Assembly: GCA_963758635.1 (NCBI GenBank)
Contig: CAVWWD010000007.1
Location: forward strand, 320,001-384,000
DNA: 64,000 nt
From: an uncultured Candidatus Rokubacteria bacterium
Lineage (GTDB): Bacteria > Methylomirabilota > Methylomirabilia > Rokubacteriales > CSP1-6
Direction of reading: 5' to 3'
The notes beneath the pieces were generated by a model. That model was not told where the DNA came from, did no database searches, and was given only the letters and a program-made list of their open reading frames with translations. A program made the position numbers and the translations under genes. Shown here in pieces: positions 31,505 through 40,420 of this stretch; position 1 is the first letter of the stretch, and each line of letters opens with the position of its first letter.

Positions 31505-32905
31505 TCAGGAGCGGGAGGGGCGCCGCCAGGCGCCGGCGCGGATCGCCGCGGCGACCAGGCTCCCGAAGACGACCATGGCGAGGGCGACGGCGAGGAAGAG
31601 GCCGGTGAGGCCGGCCCCGAGGTAATGAACGACCAGCCATCCGCCTCCGCCGGCCACGATGAGGCGCGCGAAGCCGGCAATCAGCGGCCACGCGAGGCGC
31701 CCGGCGCCCTGCGAGGCGAAGTAGAGCGCCAGCCCGAGCCCGAAGAACGCATAGGTGGGGCCGACGATCCTGAGGCACACCGAGCCCGCGGCGATCACCT
31801 CGGGATCGGCGGTGAAGAGGCCGATCCACGCGGCGGGGAACACGGCGGCGGCAAGGCCGATGCTCCCCGTCACCATGCCGGCCAGCGCGGCGCCGGTCCA
31901 CGCGACGCGCTCGGCGCGCTCGCCGCGGCCCGCGCCGACGTTGGTGCCCACCATCGGCACGAGCGCCGACCCGAGGCCGAAGACGAGCGGGATCTGCAGG
32001 TACTCCAGCCGGGCGGCGAGGCCGTAGCCGGCGAGGGCCGCGGCGCCGAACGAGCCGACGAGCCCGGTGAGCAGCACGATCGTGAGGTTGGTGAGCACGG
32101 TGTTGAGCGAGCCGGGCGCGCCCACGCGCAGGATCTCGCCGAAGAGCCGGCCCCGGAACCGCACGCCGGCGAGGGACAGCCGCACCAGGCCCCGGCCCGA
32201 CGCGAGATAGCCCAGGAGGACGAGGGCCCCGAGCCCGAACGAGGCGACGCTGGCCGTGGCGGTGCCCGCCACGCCGAGCCGCGGCAGGGGGCCCCACCCG
32301 AGCACCAGGCCGGGGGAGAGCAGGCCGTACATCACGCTGGCGCCCAGCGCCACGCCGGCGGGAAGGGCCATCACGCCGGTTCCGCGCACGACCGAGGCCG
32401 CGGTGTTGAAGAGCCAGTACGAGGCGGCTCCGCCGAACACGACGGTGGAGTAGGTGACGGCCGCGTCCAGCACCGGGCCCTCCGCGCCCATCGCCCGGTA
32501 GAGCCGGGGACCCAGCGTCCACGCCCCGGCCGTGAAGAGCGTGGCCATGGTGAGCGCGATGACGAGGGCGTGCACGGCGAGGAGGTCCGCGTCACCGCGC
32601 CGGCCGCTGCCGAGCGCGCGCGCCACCGCGGCGGCCACGCCGCCGCCCATGCCGCCCGCCGACATCGTCTGCATGAGCATCACGAGCGGGAAGACGACGG
32701 CCACGCCGGCCAGGGCGGGCGCGCCCAGCCAGCCCACGAAGTACGCGTCGAGCGCGCTGACCGCGGCCTGCGCCACCATGACGAGCACGTTCGGCGCGGC
32801 GAGGCGCAGGAGCGTGGGCGTGATCGGGCCGTCGAGCAGCAGGCGGGTGCGGGCGGCCATCGCCCCCGGAGGGGCCGGCGGCGCGAGCGCGGCAGGGGTG
32901 GCCAT
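31505..32905 (-). CDS. MATE family efflux transporter
   Basis: 'LLRLAAPN', 'DAYFVGWLG..ALAG', 'ALAGYGLAARLEYL', about 12 TM segments. Confidence 0.92.
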   Translation of the reverse strand: MATPAALAPPAPPGAMAARTRLLLDGPITPTLLRLAAPNVLVMVAQAAVSALDAYFVGWLGAPALAGVAVVFPLVMLMQTMSAGGMGGGVAAAVARALGSGRRGDADLLAVHALVIALTMATLFTAGAWTLGPRLYRAMGAEGPVLDAAVTYSTVVFGGAASYWLFNTAASVVRGTGVMALPAGVALGASVMYGLLSPGLVLGWGPLPRLGVAGTATASVASFGLGALVLLGYLASGRGLVRLSLAGVRFRGRLFGEILRVGAPGSLNTVLTNLTIVLLTGLVGSFGAAALAGYGLAARLEYLQIPLVFGLGSALVPMVGTNVGAGRGERAERVAWTGAALAGMVTGSIGLAAAVFPAAWIGLFTADPEVIAAGSVCLRIVGPTYAFFGLGLALYFASQGAGRLAWPLIAGFARLIVAGGGGWLVVHYLGAGLTGLFLAVALAMVVFGSLVAAAIRAGAWRRPSRS

Positions 32906-32974
32906 ACGTGAGTATGAAAATAGTAGTGACTATGGAAATTGTCAAGTCCGAGCCCGGCGGCTATACTGGGCGCC

Positions 32975-33445
32975 GTGACCAAGCGTTACGGCCAGGCCTG
33001 CCCGGTGGCCAAGTCCCTGGAGCTGGTGGGGGACCGGTGGACGCTCCTCATCGTCCGGGACCTCCTGGGCGGCACGCGCCGGTTCCAGGACCTCGCGGCC
33101 TCGCAGAAGGGCATCGCGCCCGCCATGCTGTCCGACCGGCTCAAGCGCATGGAGCGCCACGGGCTCGTGACGCGCGAGTTCTACTCCGAGCACCCGCCCC
33201 GGGCGCGGTACACCCTCACCGAGCGGGGACGGGGACTGGGCTGGGTGGTCGGGGCTCTCGCGGCCTGGGGATCGCAGCACGTGTTCAAGCAGACGCGCAT
33301 GGTCCACGCGGACTGCGGCCACGAGATCCAGCTCGGCTACCACTGCCCGGCCTGCGCCACGCGCATCCCCGGCGCCAGCGTGAAGCTCGATCGAGTGCCC
33401 CCGCGCGCGAGGACCCGGGCGCGCCCGGCTCCCGCGAAGGGCTGA
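32975..33445 (+). CDS. HxlR-family winged-helix regulator, divergent from MATE
   Basis: 'CPVAKSLELVGDRWTLLIVRDL', 'LSDRLK', 'PPRARYTLTERG'; C-terminal 'HADCGH..CPAC'. Confidence 0.88.
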   Translation: MTKRYGQACPVAKSLELVGDRWTLLIVRDLLGGTRRFQDLAASQKGIAPAMLSDRLKRMERHGLVTREFYSEHPPRARYTLTERGRGLGWVVGALAAWGSQHVFKQTRMVHADCGHEIQLGYHCPACATRIPGASVKLDRVPPRARTRARPAPAKG

Positions 33446-33500
33446 CGGCGCCACTGCGGCCCTCGGGCCGGGTGTTATCATTCGGCAGAGCCGCCCCCCC

Positions 33501-33980
33501 ATGTTCGATATCGGCCTGCAGGAGCTGGTCCTCATCTTCGTCATCGCCCTCCTCGTGTTCGGTCCGAAGAACCTGCCGCAGCTCGGCCGCTCCCTCGGCC
33601 GCGCCATGCGGGAGTTCCGGAAGGCCAGCGATGAGTTCAAGAGCACGATCGAGACGAACCTGCAGATGAACGAGATCGACCCGCCGCCCACCCTCCAGCC
33701 GGCCGGCAACGTCCCGGCGCTCCCGCTCGAGACGCCCGCCCCGGCCGCCACTGCCGAGCCGGTCCTGGACCCGGAAGGGGCGTCGGTCGCCCAGGAAACG
33801 GCGTCGCCGCCTGGAGAGCCGTACGTGGCCCAGCGCGGAGCTCGGCTCTTCCACGGCAGGGAGTGCGGGTGGCTCAAGAAGGTGTCCGAGGCCGACCGGG
33901 TCTACTTCAAGCGCGTGGCCGAGGCCCGGGAGGCGGGCTTCGTCAACTGCCCGGCCTGCGACCCGTGGGAGCCCACGTAA
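33501..33980 (+). CDS. TatA/TatB-family subunit fused to a C-terminal Ada-type Zn-binding domain
   Basis: 'MFDIGLQELVLIFVIALLVFGPKNLPQLGRSLG..MREFRKA', then 'FHGREC...RVYFKRVAEAREAGFVNCPAC'. Confidence 0.8.
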   Translation: MFDIGLQELVLIFVIALLVFGPKNLPQLGRSLGRAMREFRKASDEFKSTIETNLQMNEIDPPPTLQPAGNVPALPLETPAPAATAEPVLDPEGASVAQETASPPGEPYVAQRGARLFHGRECGWLKKVSEADRVYFKRVAEAREAGFVNCPACDPWEPT

Positions 33981-34001
33981 AATTTTTTTGGCTTGCGATC
34001 C

Positions 34002-34015
34002 TCAACGGGTGTTGA
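34002..34015. promoter_or_regulatory. Palindromic candidate LexA operator within the lexA promoter
   Basis: TCAAC-GGGT-GTTGA lies between TTGCGA (33993) and TATTAT (34017). Confidence 0.55.
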
Positions 34016-34090
34016 CTATTATCATGTTGAGTTGATTTGGGCAGGTCCCGGAAGCGGTAGCGAGATGGCGAGCGCACAGGGGGAGACCGA

Positions 34091-34720
34091 ATGAAGGAGA
34101 TGACGGCGCGGCAGCGGGAGGTCCTGGCGTTCGTCCGGAGCTTCATCGAGCGTCACGGGGCCCCGCCCACGGTGCGGGAAATCGGAGAGCGCTTCGGCTT
34201 CACGGCGCGCGCCGCCTTCGACCACCTCCGGGCGCTGGAGCGCAAGGGCATGCTCCACCGCCGGGTCACGGACAAGCGGGTCTCCCGCACCCTCGTCCTG
34301 TCGGACCGCACGCCGGCGCGGCGGCCGGCCGTCCGCGAGATCCCCGTCCTCGGCCGCATCGCCGCGGGCACCCCGCTCTACGCCGAGGAGAACCGGGAAG
34401 ACTCCATTCCCGTGCGTCCCGAGTGGTTCGCCCGCAAGGGCGAGGACCTGTTCGCCCTGCGCGTGCGCGGCGACAGCATGATCGACGCCCACATCATGGA
34501 TGGGGACCTCGTCCTTGTCCGGCGCCAGGACTCGGCGCAGCCCGGAGACGTGGTCGCCGCGCTCGTGGACAGCGAGGCCACGGTCAAGCGCTTCTCGCGC
34601 GACGGCCAGTCGGTCGTGCTGCGCCCCGAGCACCCCACGATGAAGCCGATCGTCGTCGCCCCGGGAAGCGCGGACTTCAAGATCCTCGGCAAGGTCATCG
34701 GCCTCATTCGCGGCTTCTGA
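34091..34720 (+). CDS. lexA: SOS repressor LexA
   Basis: 'PTVREIG', Ala-Gly cleavage site 'IAAG', catalytic 'GDSM' and 'EATVKR'. Confidence 0.95.
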   Translation: MKEMTARQREVLAFVRSFIERHGAPPTVREIGERFGFTARAAFDHLRALERKGMLHRRVTDKRVSRTLVLSDRTPARRPAVREIPVLGRIAAGTPLYAEENREDSIPVRPEWFARKGEDLFALRVRGDSMIDAHIMDGDLVLVRRQDSAQPGDVVAALVDSEATVKRFSRDGQSVVLRPEHPTMKPIVVAPGSADFKILGKVIGLIRGF

Positions 34721-34732
34721 GGGAGACGCACC

Positions 34733-34978
34733 ATGCGGACGCTCACGACTCCACGCACTCGCCACGGACGCTACGCGGCTCGCCGCCCGAGACCGGGCGC
34801 GCGCCGGCCCCGGCCGCTCGCTCGGCTCTACCTGGGAGCGCGCCCGCGGCGGCCGCTCCTCGCCCCCCGGCCGCACCGGACGGCGCCGGTGTCCGCGGTC
34901 CGGGAGTGGCTGGGCGGCGCGGCGATGGTGCTCGGGGTGGTCTCCTGGGGGGTCGTGCTGACGCTGCTCGCCGGCTGA
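34733..34978 (+). CDS. Small Arg-rich protein with C-terminal TM helix, 12 bp after lexA
   Basis: GGGAG RBS; 81 aa; hydrophobic tail 'WLGGAAMVLGVVSWGVVLTLLAG'. Confidence 0.55.
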   Translation: MRTLTTPRTRHGRYAARRPRPGARRPRPLARLYLGARPRRPLLAPRPHRTAPVSAVREWLGGAAMVLGVVSWGVVLTLLAG

Positions 34979-35054
34979 CGACCCTCGCAGAATGCGCTAA
35001 CCGCCACGGGCCTCTACAGTCCTACCGCTCGGCCTGAGTCTGATGCGCGAGGCT
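34979..35054 (+). repeat. Repeat family B, copy 3 (76 bp)
   Basis: Reverse complement matches 31415-31490 with 7 mismatches in 76. Confidence 0.9.
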
Positions 35055-35081
35055 CTCGAGCCGGCGCGACGAGCGGGACGG

Positions 35082-36989
35082 CTACGACTCGGCCAGCCGC
35101 TCCCAGGGCTTGACCGCGATGAACAGGTCGAGCAGATCCGCGTCGATCGCCCCCGCCTTCCGCTCGAACCCGAGGATGTCCAGCGCCTTGTCCACCGGGA
35201 CCGCCGCCTTGTACGGGCGGTCGTGGGCGGTGAGCGCGTCGAAGATGTCGGTGATCGTCATCATCCGCGACTGGATCGCGATCGACGTGCCCTGGACGCC
35301 CTCGGGGTAGCCGCTCCCGTTGAGCTTCTCGTGGTGCGCGCGCGCGATGTCCGGGATGTTCCGCAGCTCGCGCGTCCAGGGGATCTGGATCAGGAACTGG
35401 TAGGTGTGCACCACGTGCGACTGGATCTGCCTGAACTCCTCGGGGGTCAGGCTCCCGCGCTGGATCGACAGCATGCGCGCCTCGTCGGGCGTGATGACCG
35501 TGGCGGCGGTGCCCCGGTGGTCCACGAACGGGATGAGGGGCAGCTGCTGGATCCGCGCCGCCACGTCCTGCGGCAGCACGCTCGGCTCGTTGGCGGACAC
35601 CACCGCGGCCAGGTGCTCGTCCAGCTCGCGCAGGAGCTTCTCGATCTCGCGGTCGTGGATGGCCAGGCGCTCGGCGGCGCGCCCCGGCCCCTCGCGGAGC
35701 GCGACCTCGAGCTTCTCGCGGGTCAGGCGCAGCTCCACGCCCCGCTTCATCAGGTCCACGCGCTGGCGGATCAGATCGAGGTGCTGGGGGAAGAGCTTCT
35801 TGGCCTTGACGAGGACCTCTTCGCGCACGCCGACCTTGCCGAAGTCGTGGAGCAGCGAGGCGTAGCGGATCTCCTTCATCTCGTCGGCGGAGAAGCGCAC
35901 CGCGCGGAAGGGCGCGTCGTCGGCGCGGTCGACGGCGGTGGCGAGGGCCACCGTGAGGTCGGCCACGCGGAACGAATGGCCGGAGGTGGTCGGATCGCGC
36001 GACTCGATGGCGGTGACCGAGGCGCGGACGAACCCCTCGAACAGGGTCTGGATGCTCTCGAGCAGCCGGCTGTTCTGGAGCGCCACCGCCGCCTGCGAGG
36101 CCAGCGACTCGGCCAGGCTCATGAATCGCTCGGGATAGGGGACGGCCTCGCGCTCGATGGCCGCCGCGGAGGGGAAGCGCCGGTTGCCATGGCGCTTGCA
36201 GTTGATGAGCTGGAGCACGCCGATGGTCTGCCCCGCGGGCGTGCGCATGGGCACCACGAGCATCGACTTGGTCCGGTAGCCCGCCTGCTGGTCGAAGGAC
36301 CGGTTGATGCGATAGAGCGCGCCCGGCGGCGGGCGGTAGGCGTCCTGCAGGTGGAGGACCTCGCCGGTCAGGGCCACGTGCCCGGCCACGCTCTCCTCGC
36401 TGATCGGAATGGTGAACTCGCGGAACGGCACGCTCACGAAGTCGTTCTGGGTGAGCTTGAAGCGGAGCTGCGGATCGCCCTCCTCGGGCTCCTCCGCGAG
36501 ATAGATCGAGCCGGCGTCGCTGTGCGTGATCTCGCGCGCCTTGGTGAGGATCATCGTCAGGAGGGCGTCGGTGTCCCGCTCCGCGGAGAGCCGCACGCCG
36601 ATCTGGTTCAGCTCCTCGAGCTGCTGCTTCGTCTGCTCGGATTCGCGGGTGAGGCGCCCGTGCTCGAAGGCGTTGTCGAGGGCGCGGGCGAGGATGAACG
36701 GGGCCACCGGCTTCGGCAGGTACGCGTAGCAGGTCGTGGGCCAGCCGTCCGGCCCGGACGCGGCGGTCACGAAGGCGAGCACCGGCGCGCCCTGGAGCTT
36801 GCCGGTCAGCTTCGAGACCAGGTCCGGAGGGTCGTGATCCAGGTCCACCACCACCGCCTCGGGATCGTCGGCGCGCCGGCGGAGCGTGTCCGCCTGGGAG
36901 AGCGGGTGGGCCTCGAAGCCCTCGGGGAGCCCGTGGGCCACCGGACCTGCCGGAGAGCCGTCCGGATACCACACGAGCTGGCGCAACAT
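35082..36989 (-). CDS. GAF + HD-GYP cyclic-dinucleotide phosphodiesterase
   Basis: GAF 'FDQQAGYRTKSMLVVPM', 'TSGHS.RVA', 'LLHDFGK', 'HHEKLNGSGYP', 'DRPYK'. Confidence 0.9.
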   Translation of the reverse strand: MLRQLVWYPDGSPAGPVAHGLPEGFEAHPLSQADTLRRRADDPEAVVVDLDHDPPDLVSKLTGKLQGAPVLAFVTAASGPDGWPTTCYAYLPKPVAPFILARALDNAFEHGRLTRESEQTKQQLEELNQIGVRLSAERDTDALLTMILTKAREITHSDAGSIYLAEEPEEGDPQLRFKLTQNDFVSVPFREFTIPISEESVAGHVALTGEVLHLQDAYRPPPGALYRINRSFDQQAGYRTKSMLVVPMRTPAGQTIGVLQLINCKRHGNRRFPSAAAIEREAVPYPERFMSLAESLASQAAVALQNSRLLESIQTLFEGFVRASVTAIESRDPTTSGHSFRVADLTVALATAVDRADDAPFRAVRFSADEMKEIRYASLLHDFGKVGVREEVLVKAKKLFPQHLDLIRQRVDLMKRGVELRLTREKLEVALREGPGRAAERLAIHDREIEKLLRELDEHLAAVVSANEPSVLPQDVAARIQQLPLIPFVDHRGTAATVITPDEARMLSIQRGSLTPEEFRQIQSHVVHTYQFLIQIPWTRELRNIPDIARAHHEKLNGSGYPEGVQGTSIAIQSRMMTITDIFDALTAHDRPYKAAVPVDKALDILGFERKAGAIDADLLDLFIAVKPWERLAES

Positions 36990-37023
36990 GCCGGGGAGAG
37001 TATGATCGGCGCGCCGAGGCTGT

Positions 37024-37099
37024 CAACCACGGTCTGCGGTTGTTTCCACGGCCCTTCCATATGCGTTTCCGCTCGCCTTCGGCTCGCTGCGCACTTCCA
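37024..37099 (-). repeat. Repeat family A, full single copy in divergent intergenic region
   Basis: Reverse complement TGGAAGTGCGCAGCGAGCCGAAGGCGAGCGGAAACGCATATGGAAGGGCCGTGGAAACAACCGCAGACCGTGGTTG aligns with 832-906. Confidence 0.85.
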
Positions 37100-37154
37100 C
37101 TGCGCCGGTCTTGACCGGGAGCCGGACCGCGTGGTTTCCTGGGGCTCCGCGCTC

Positions 37155-38546
37155 ATGGACAAGGTCATCGCGTCACCGGAGCAGGCGGTCGCGGACATCC
37201 CTCACGGCGCCACCGTCGCCATCGCCGGGTTCGGCGTCGGCCACCGCTTCGCCTCGAGCCTCCTGCTCGCCCTGCGTAACCAGGGCACGCGCGACCTGTG
37301 CCTGGTGTGCAACTCCATGGGCGGGCCGGGCGAGGTGCGGGGGCAGATCCTCGCCGAGAACAAGCAGGTGCGGAAGCTGATCGTGTCCTTCTCCGTGCGC
37401 CCGGGCGTGCCCACGGCCGCCGAGGAGCAGATCGCCGCGGGCGAGGTGGAGGTCGAGCTGGTCCCGCAGGGCACGCTGGTCGAGCGCTGCCGCGCCGGCG
37501 GCGCGGGCATCCCGGCCTTCTACACGCCGACCAGCGTCGGCACGCTCCTGACCGAGGGCAAGGAGATCCGCGAGTTCGACGGGACGCCCTACGTCCTCGA
37601 GCGCGCCATCCGGGTGGACTACGCGCTCCTGCGCGCGCATCGCGCGGATCGCGCCGGCAACCTGCAGTTCCGCGGCGGCAGCCAGAACTTCAACCCGAGC
37701 TTCGCCAAGGCCGCCCGCGTGGCCATCGTCGAGGTGGACGAGATCGTGGACGCAGGCGGGATCCCGCCCGAGCTCATGGACCTGCCCGGGATCTTCGTGT
37801 CGCGCGTGGTCCGGAGCACGTACCCGATCGACATGACGAACCTGCGGCGGCCGGCGCGGCGCGCCGCGGACACCCCGCGCGTCTACCTCGGCAAGCCGGC
37901 GCTGACCCGCGAGGGCATCGGCCGGCGCGCCGCGGGGCTCATCAAGGACGGTAGCTACGTGAACCTCGGGACCGGCATCCCCACGCAGGTGTCGAACTAC
38001 CTGGGCCACCGCGACGTGACGCTCCACGCCGAGAACGGGATCCTCGGCTACGGCGAGATGGTCTCGGGCGACGACATCGACCTGGACGTGTACAACGCGG
38101 GCGGCCAGTTCGTGGCGCTGCGGCCCGGGGCGTCGTTCTTCGACAGCGTCACCTCCTTCGAGATGGCCCGGAGCGGCCGCATCCACGCGGTCATCCTGGG
38201 CGCGTACGAGGTGGACGAGCACGCCAACGTGGCGAACTGGAGCACGCGCGACCGTGCCCGGGGCGGGATCGGCGGGGCCATGGACCTGGTCGCGGGCGGA
38301 GCGGAGCTCATCATCGTGATGGAGCATTGCGACAGCAAGAACCGGCCGAAGCTCCGGCGGACGTGCACGTATCCCCTGACCGGCGCCGGGTGCGTGGACT
38401 AGGTCGTGACGGACCTGGCCCTGCTCCACCGGGTGGACGGCCGGTTCGTGCTCGAGGAGGTGGCGCCCGGCTTCACCCCGACCGAGGTCCTGTCCCTCAC
38501 GGAGATGGACCTCGTCGTGGCCCCGCACGTCCGGAGCATGGTGTGA
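37155..38546 (+). CDS. Fused A/B-subunit 3-oxoacid CoA-transferase with in-frame TAG at 38400-38402
   Basis: 'PQGTLVER.RAGGAGIPAFYT', 'YVNLGTGIP', 'HAENG', 'GGAMDL', 'CTYPLTG..CVD*VVTDLA...EVAPG'. Confidence 0.85.
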
Positions 38547-39427
38547 CGATCCCGCGGGTCTCCACGGGGGTTCCGAAGCTCGACGCGATGCTCGGCGGCG
38601 GGCTCCTGCCCGGCACCCTCACCGTCGTGTACGGCGCCACCGGCATCGGCAAGACGCACCTCGGCCTGGCCTTCGCCGGCCACGGCCGCGCCGCCGACGG
38701 GAGGGCCGGGATCATCTTCGACATGAACGCTCGCGGCGACTCCCAGCAGCACCACGCGTACGCCGAGCGCCTGGCCGGGTGGTCCCTCGGGCGGTGGACG
38801 CACGCGGTCACGCCCATGGCCGATCCGTTTCCGTCGCCCGCCGAGATGCAGGCGCACTACTGCGGCGCGCTGCCGTGGGTCGGCAAGCTCCGCGACTACC
38901 AGGTGCCGACGACCGACGGCATGGAGTTCGACTGGAACTGGAAGGCGGTCTACAACCACGCGCTGTACACGGTGCGGCCGTTCGTGTACTTCCACCTCGG
39001 CGCGGGCTCCCGCCGCATCGTGGTGGACGGGATCGAGCCGATGGACGTGCCCGCCGACTACATCCAGCCCTACCTCTTCGACCAGCTCTACCGCACGGTG
39101 ATCCATCGCGACAGCGAGACGCTCGGCATGGAGATCTGCATGCCCGTCTGGAAGCACCGGGCGTTCATCGACGCGCACTGCTACGACCACGCGGCGGTGA
39201 CGACGATGCTGCTGGTCACCACCGAGGAGACCCCGCTCGAGCACCTGCTCGCGCGCAAGGTGGCGGCGGGCGACATCGGGGCGGTGGCCAACACCATCGT
39301 CGTCCTCGGCAGCGAGCGCGTCGGCAACCGCCTGGGGCGCTTCGTCTGCGTGGTCAAGCACCGGGGCAGCGCGATGAGCGACGAGATCGCCGAGTTCCGC
39401 GTCACCGAGCAGGGACTCGTGCTCTGA
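38543..39427 (+). CDS. KaiC/RAD55-like RecA-superfamily ATPase (single domain)
   Basis: 'RVSTGVPKLDAMLGGGL', Walker A 'GATGIGKT', Walker B 'RIVVDG', 'VVKHRGS'. Confidence 0.85.
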   Translation: MTIPRVSTGVPKLDAMLGGGLLPGTLTVVYGATGIGKTHLGLAFAGHGRAADGRAGIIFDMNARGDSQQHHAYAERLAGWSLGRWTHAVTPMADPFPSPAEMQAHYCGALPWVGKLRDYQVPTTDGMEFDWNWKAVYNHALYTVRPFVYFHLGAGSRRIVVDGIEPMDVPADYIQPYLFDQLYRTVIHRDSETLGMEICMPVWKHRAFIDAHCYDHAAVTTMLLVTTEETPLEHLLARKVAAGDIGAVANTIVVLGSERVGNRLGRFVCVVKHRGSAMSDEIAEFRVTEQGLVL

Positions 39428-40293
39428 GCGCGGGCCGCGCCGCGCTCCCCGCGGGCGCGATCCTCGAGCGCCGGCGCCGCGAGCGCTTCCGCCACGCGCC
39501 GCGGTTCCGTGTGCGCTCCGAGCAGGGCGCGCTCGGTTTCCTTGAAACCGTCGGGCTCTGCTCCACCTTCCACCGCTTCCCGGAGGGCGTGGCCTGCCTC
39601 TGGGAGGCCGTGGCCGGGCGCGCGCGCCCGCGCTGGCCGCGGCGATCCCACCACGACCCCGGGATCGGGCTCACGTGGAGCCTGAAGGACACGCTGCCCG
39701 CCCGCCGGCTCGTCTACTACGGCAAGCTCCTGAAGGGCCGGCCCATGCTGGTCGCGCTCGACCTGTTCCCCGCCTTCTACGCGCTCACGCGGGGCCGGCA
39801 GCGCGCGCGGGACTACCGGGCGGAGTACGAGGCGGGCCGGCTGTCCATCCAGGCCCGGCGGCTCATGGACAGCCTCTCGCGGGAGCGCCCGCAGTACACG
39901 CGAAGCCTGCGGGCGGAGAGCTTCATGCTGGGAGCGGAGAAGACGCGCGAGTTCGAGCGCGCCATGGCCGAGCTGCAGCAGGGCCTGTGGATCGTGAAGA
40001 TCGGCGAGCGCTACGAACCGAGCTTCTCCTACCGCTGGGACCTCCTGGAGCGGTGGCTGCCGGGACCCGTGGCCGAGGGCCGCCGGCTCACGCGCGCAGC
40101 CGCCATCGACCGGCTGGTCGGTCGTTACCTGCGCGGCGCCGGGCACTCGACGCCGGGGCGCCTGGCGCGCCTGTTCTCGCTGCCCGTCGCCGAGGTGTCG
40201 GCCTCGCTGGCCCGGCTCGAGGCCGCCGGGCAGGTGGCGAGCGACGTGACCGTGGCCGGGTGGCCAGGCCGCCACGTGGTGAGCCGCGAGTGA
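39424..40293 (+). CDS. AlkZ/YcaQ-related winged-helix protein (start uncertain)
   Basis: 'LWEAVAG', 'TW.LKD.LP....VYYGKLLKGRP', 'FERAMAELQ..LWIV', 'LARLF'. Confidence 0.6.
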   Translation: MSAGRAALPAGAILERRRRERFRHAPRFRVRSEQGALGFLETVGLCSTFHRFPEGVACLWEAVAGRARPRWPRRSHHDPGIGLTWSLKDTLPARRLVYYGKLLKGRPMLVALDLFPAFYALTRGRQRARDYRAEYEAGRLSIQARRLMDSLSRERPQYTRSLRAESFMLGAEKTREFERAMAELQQGLWIVKIGERYEPSFSYRWDLLERWLPGPVAEGRRLTRAAAIDRLVGRYLRGAGHSTPGRLARLFSLPVAEVSASLARLEAAGQVASDVTVAGWPGRHVVSRE

Positions 40294-40330
40294 CGCGCCG
40301 AGCGGCGCCGCCGCCCGGGCTGGCCTCGGC

Positions 40331-40359
40331 TTGACACCCCGGTGGCCGATCCTTAGAGT
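40331..40359 (+). promoter_or_regulatory. Sigma-70 promoter
   Basis: TTGACA-N17-TAGAGT upstream of the AGGAGG RBS. Confidence 0.7.
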
Positions 40360-40420
40360 AAGCGCACTTTTCGACTCCGGATCCCCTGGTCGATCAATCG
40401 CTTCGACGCGAGGAGGCACT

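Noticed and set aside
38400..38402. Genome-wide TAG recoding
   Set aside because: Several intact genes end at TAG at the expected family C-terminus (e.g. 12720, 13252, 41977)
38543..39427. Circadian clock kaiC
   Set aside because: Single ATPase domain and no kaiA/kaiB nearby
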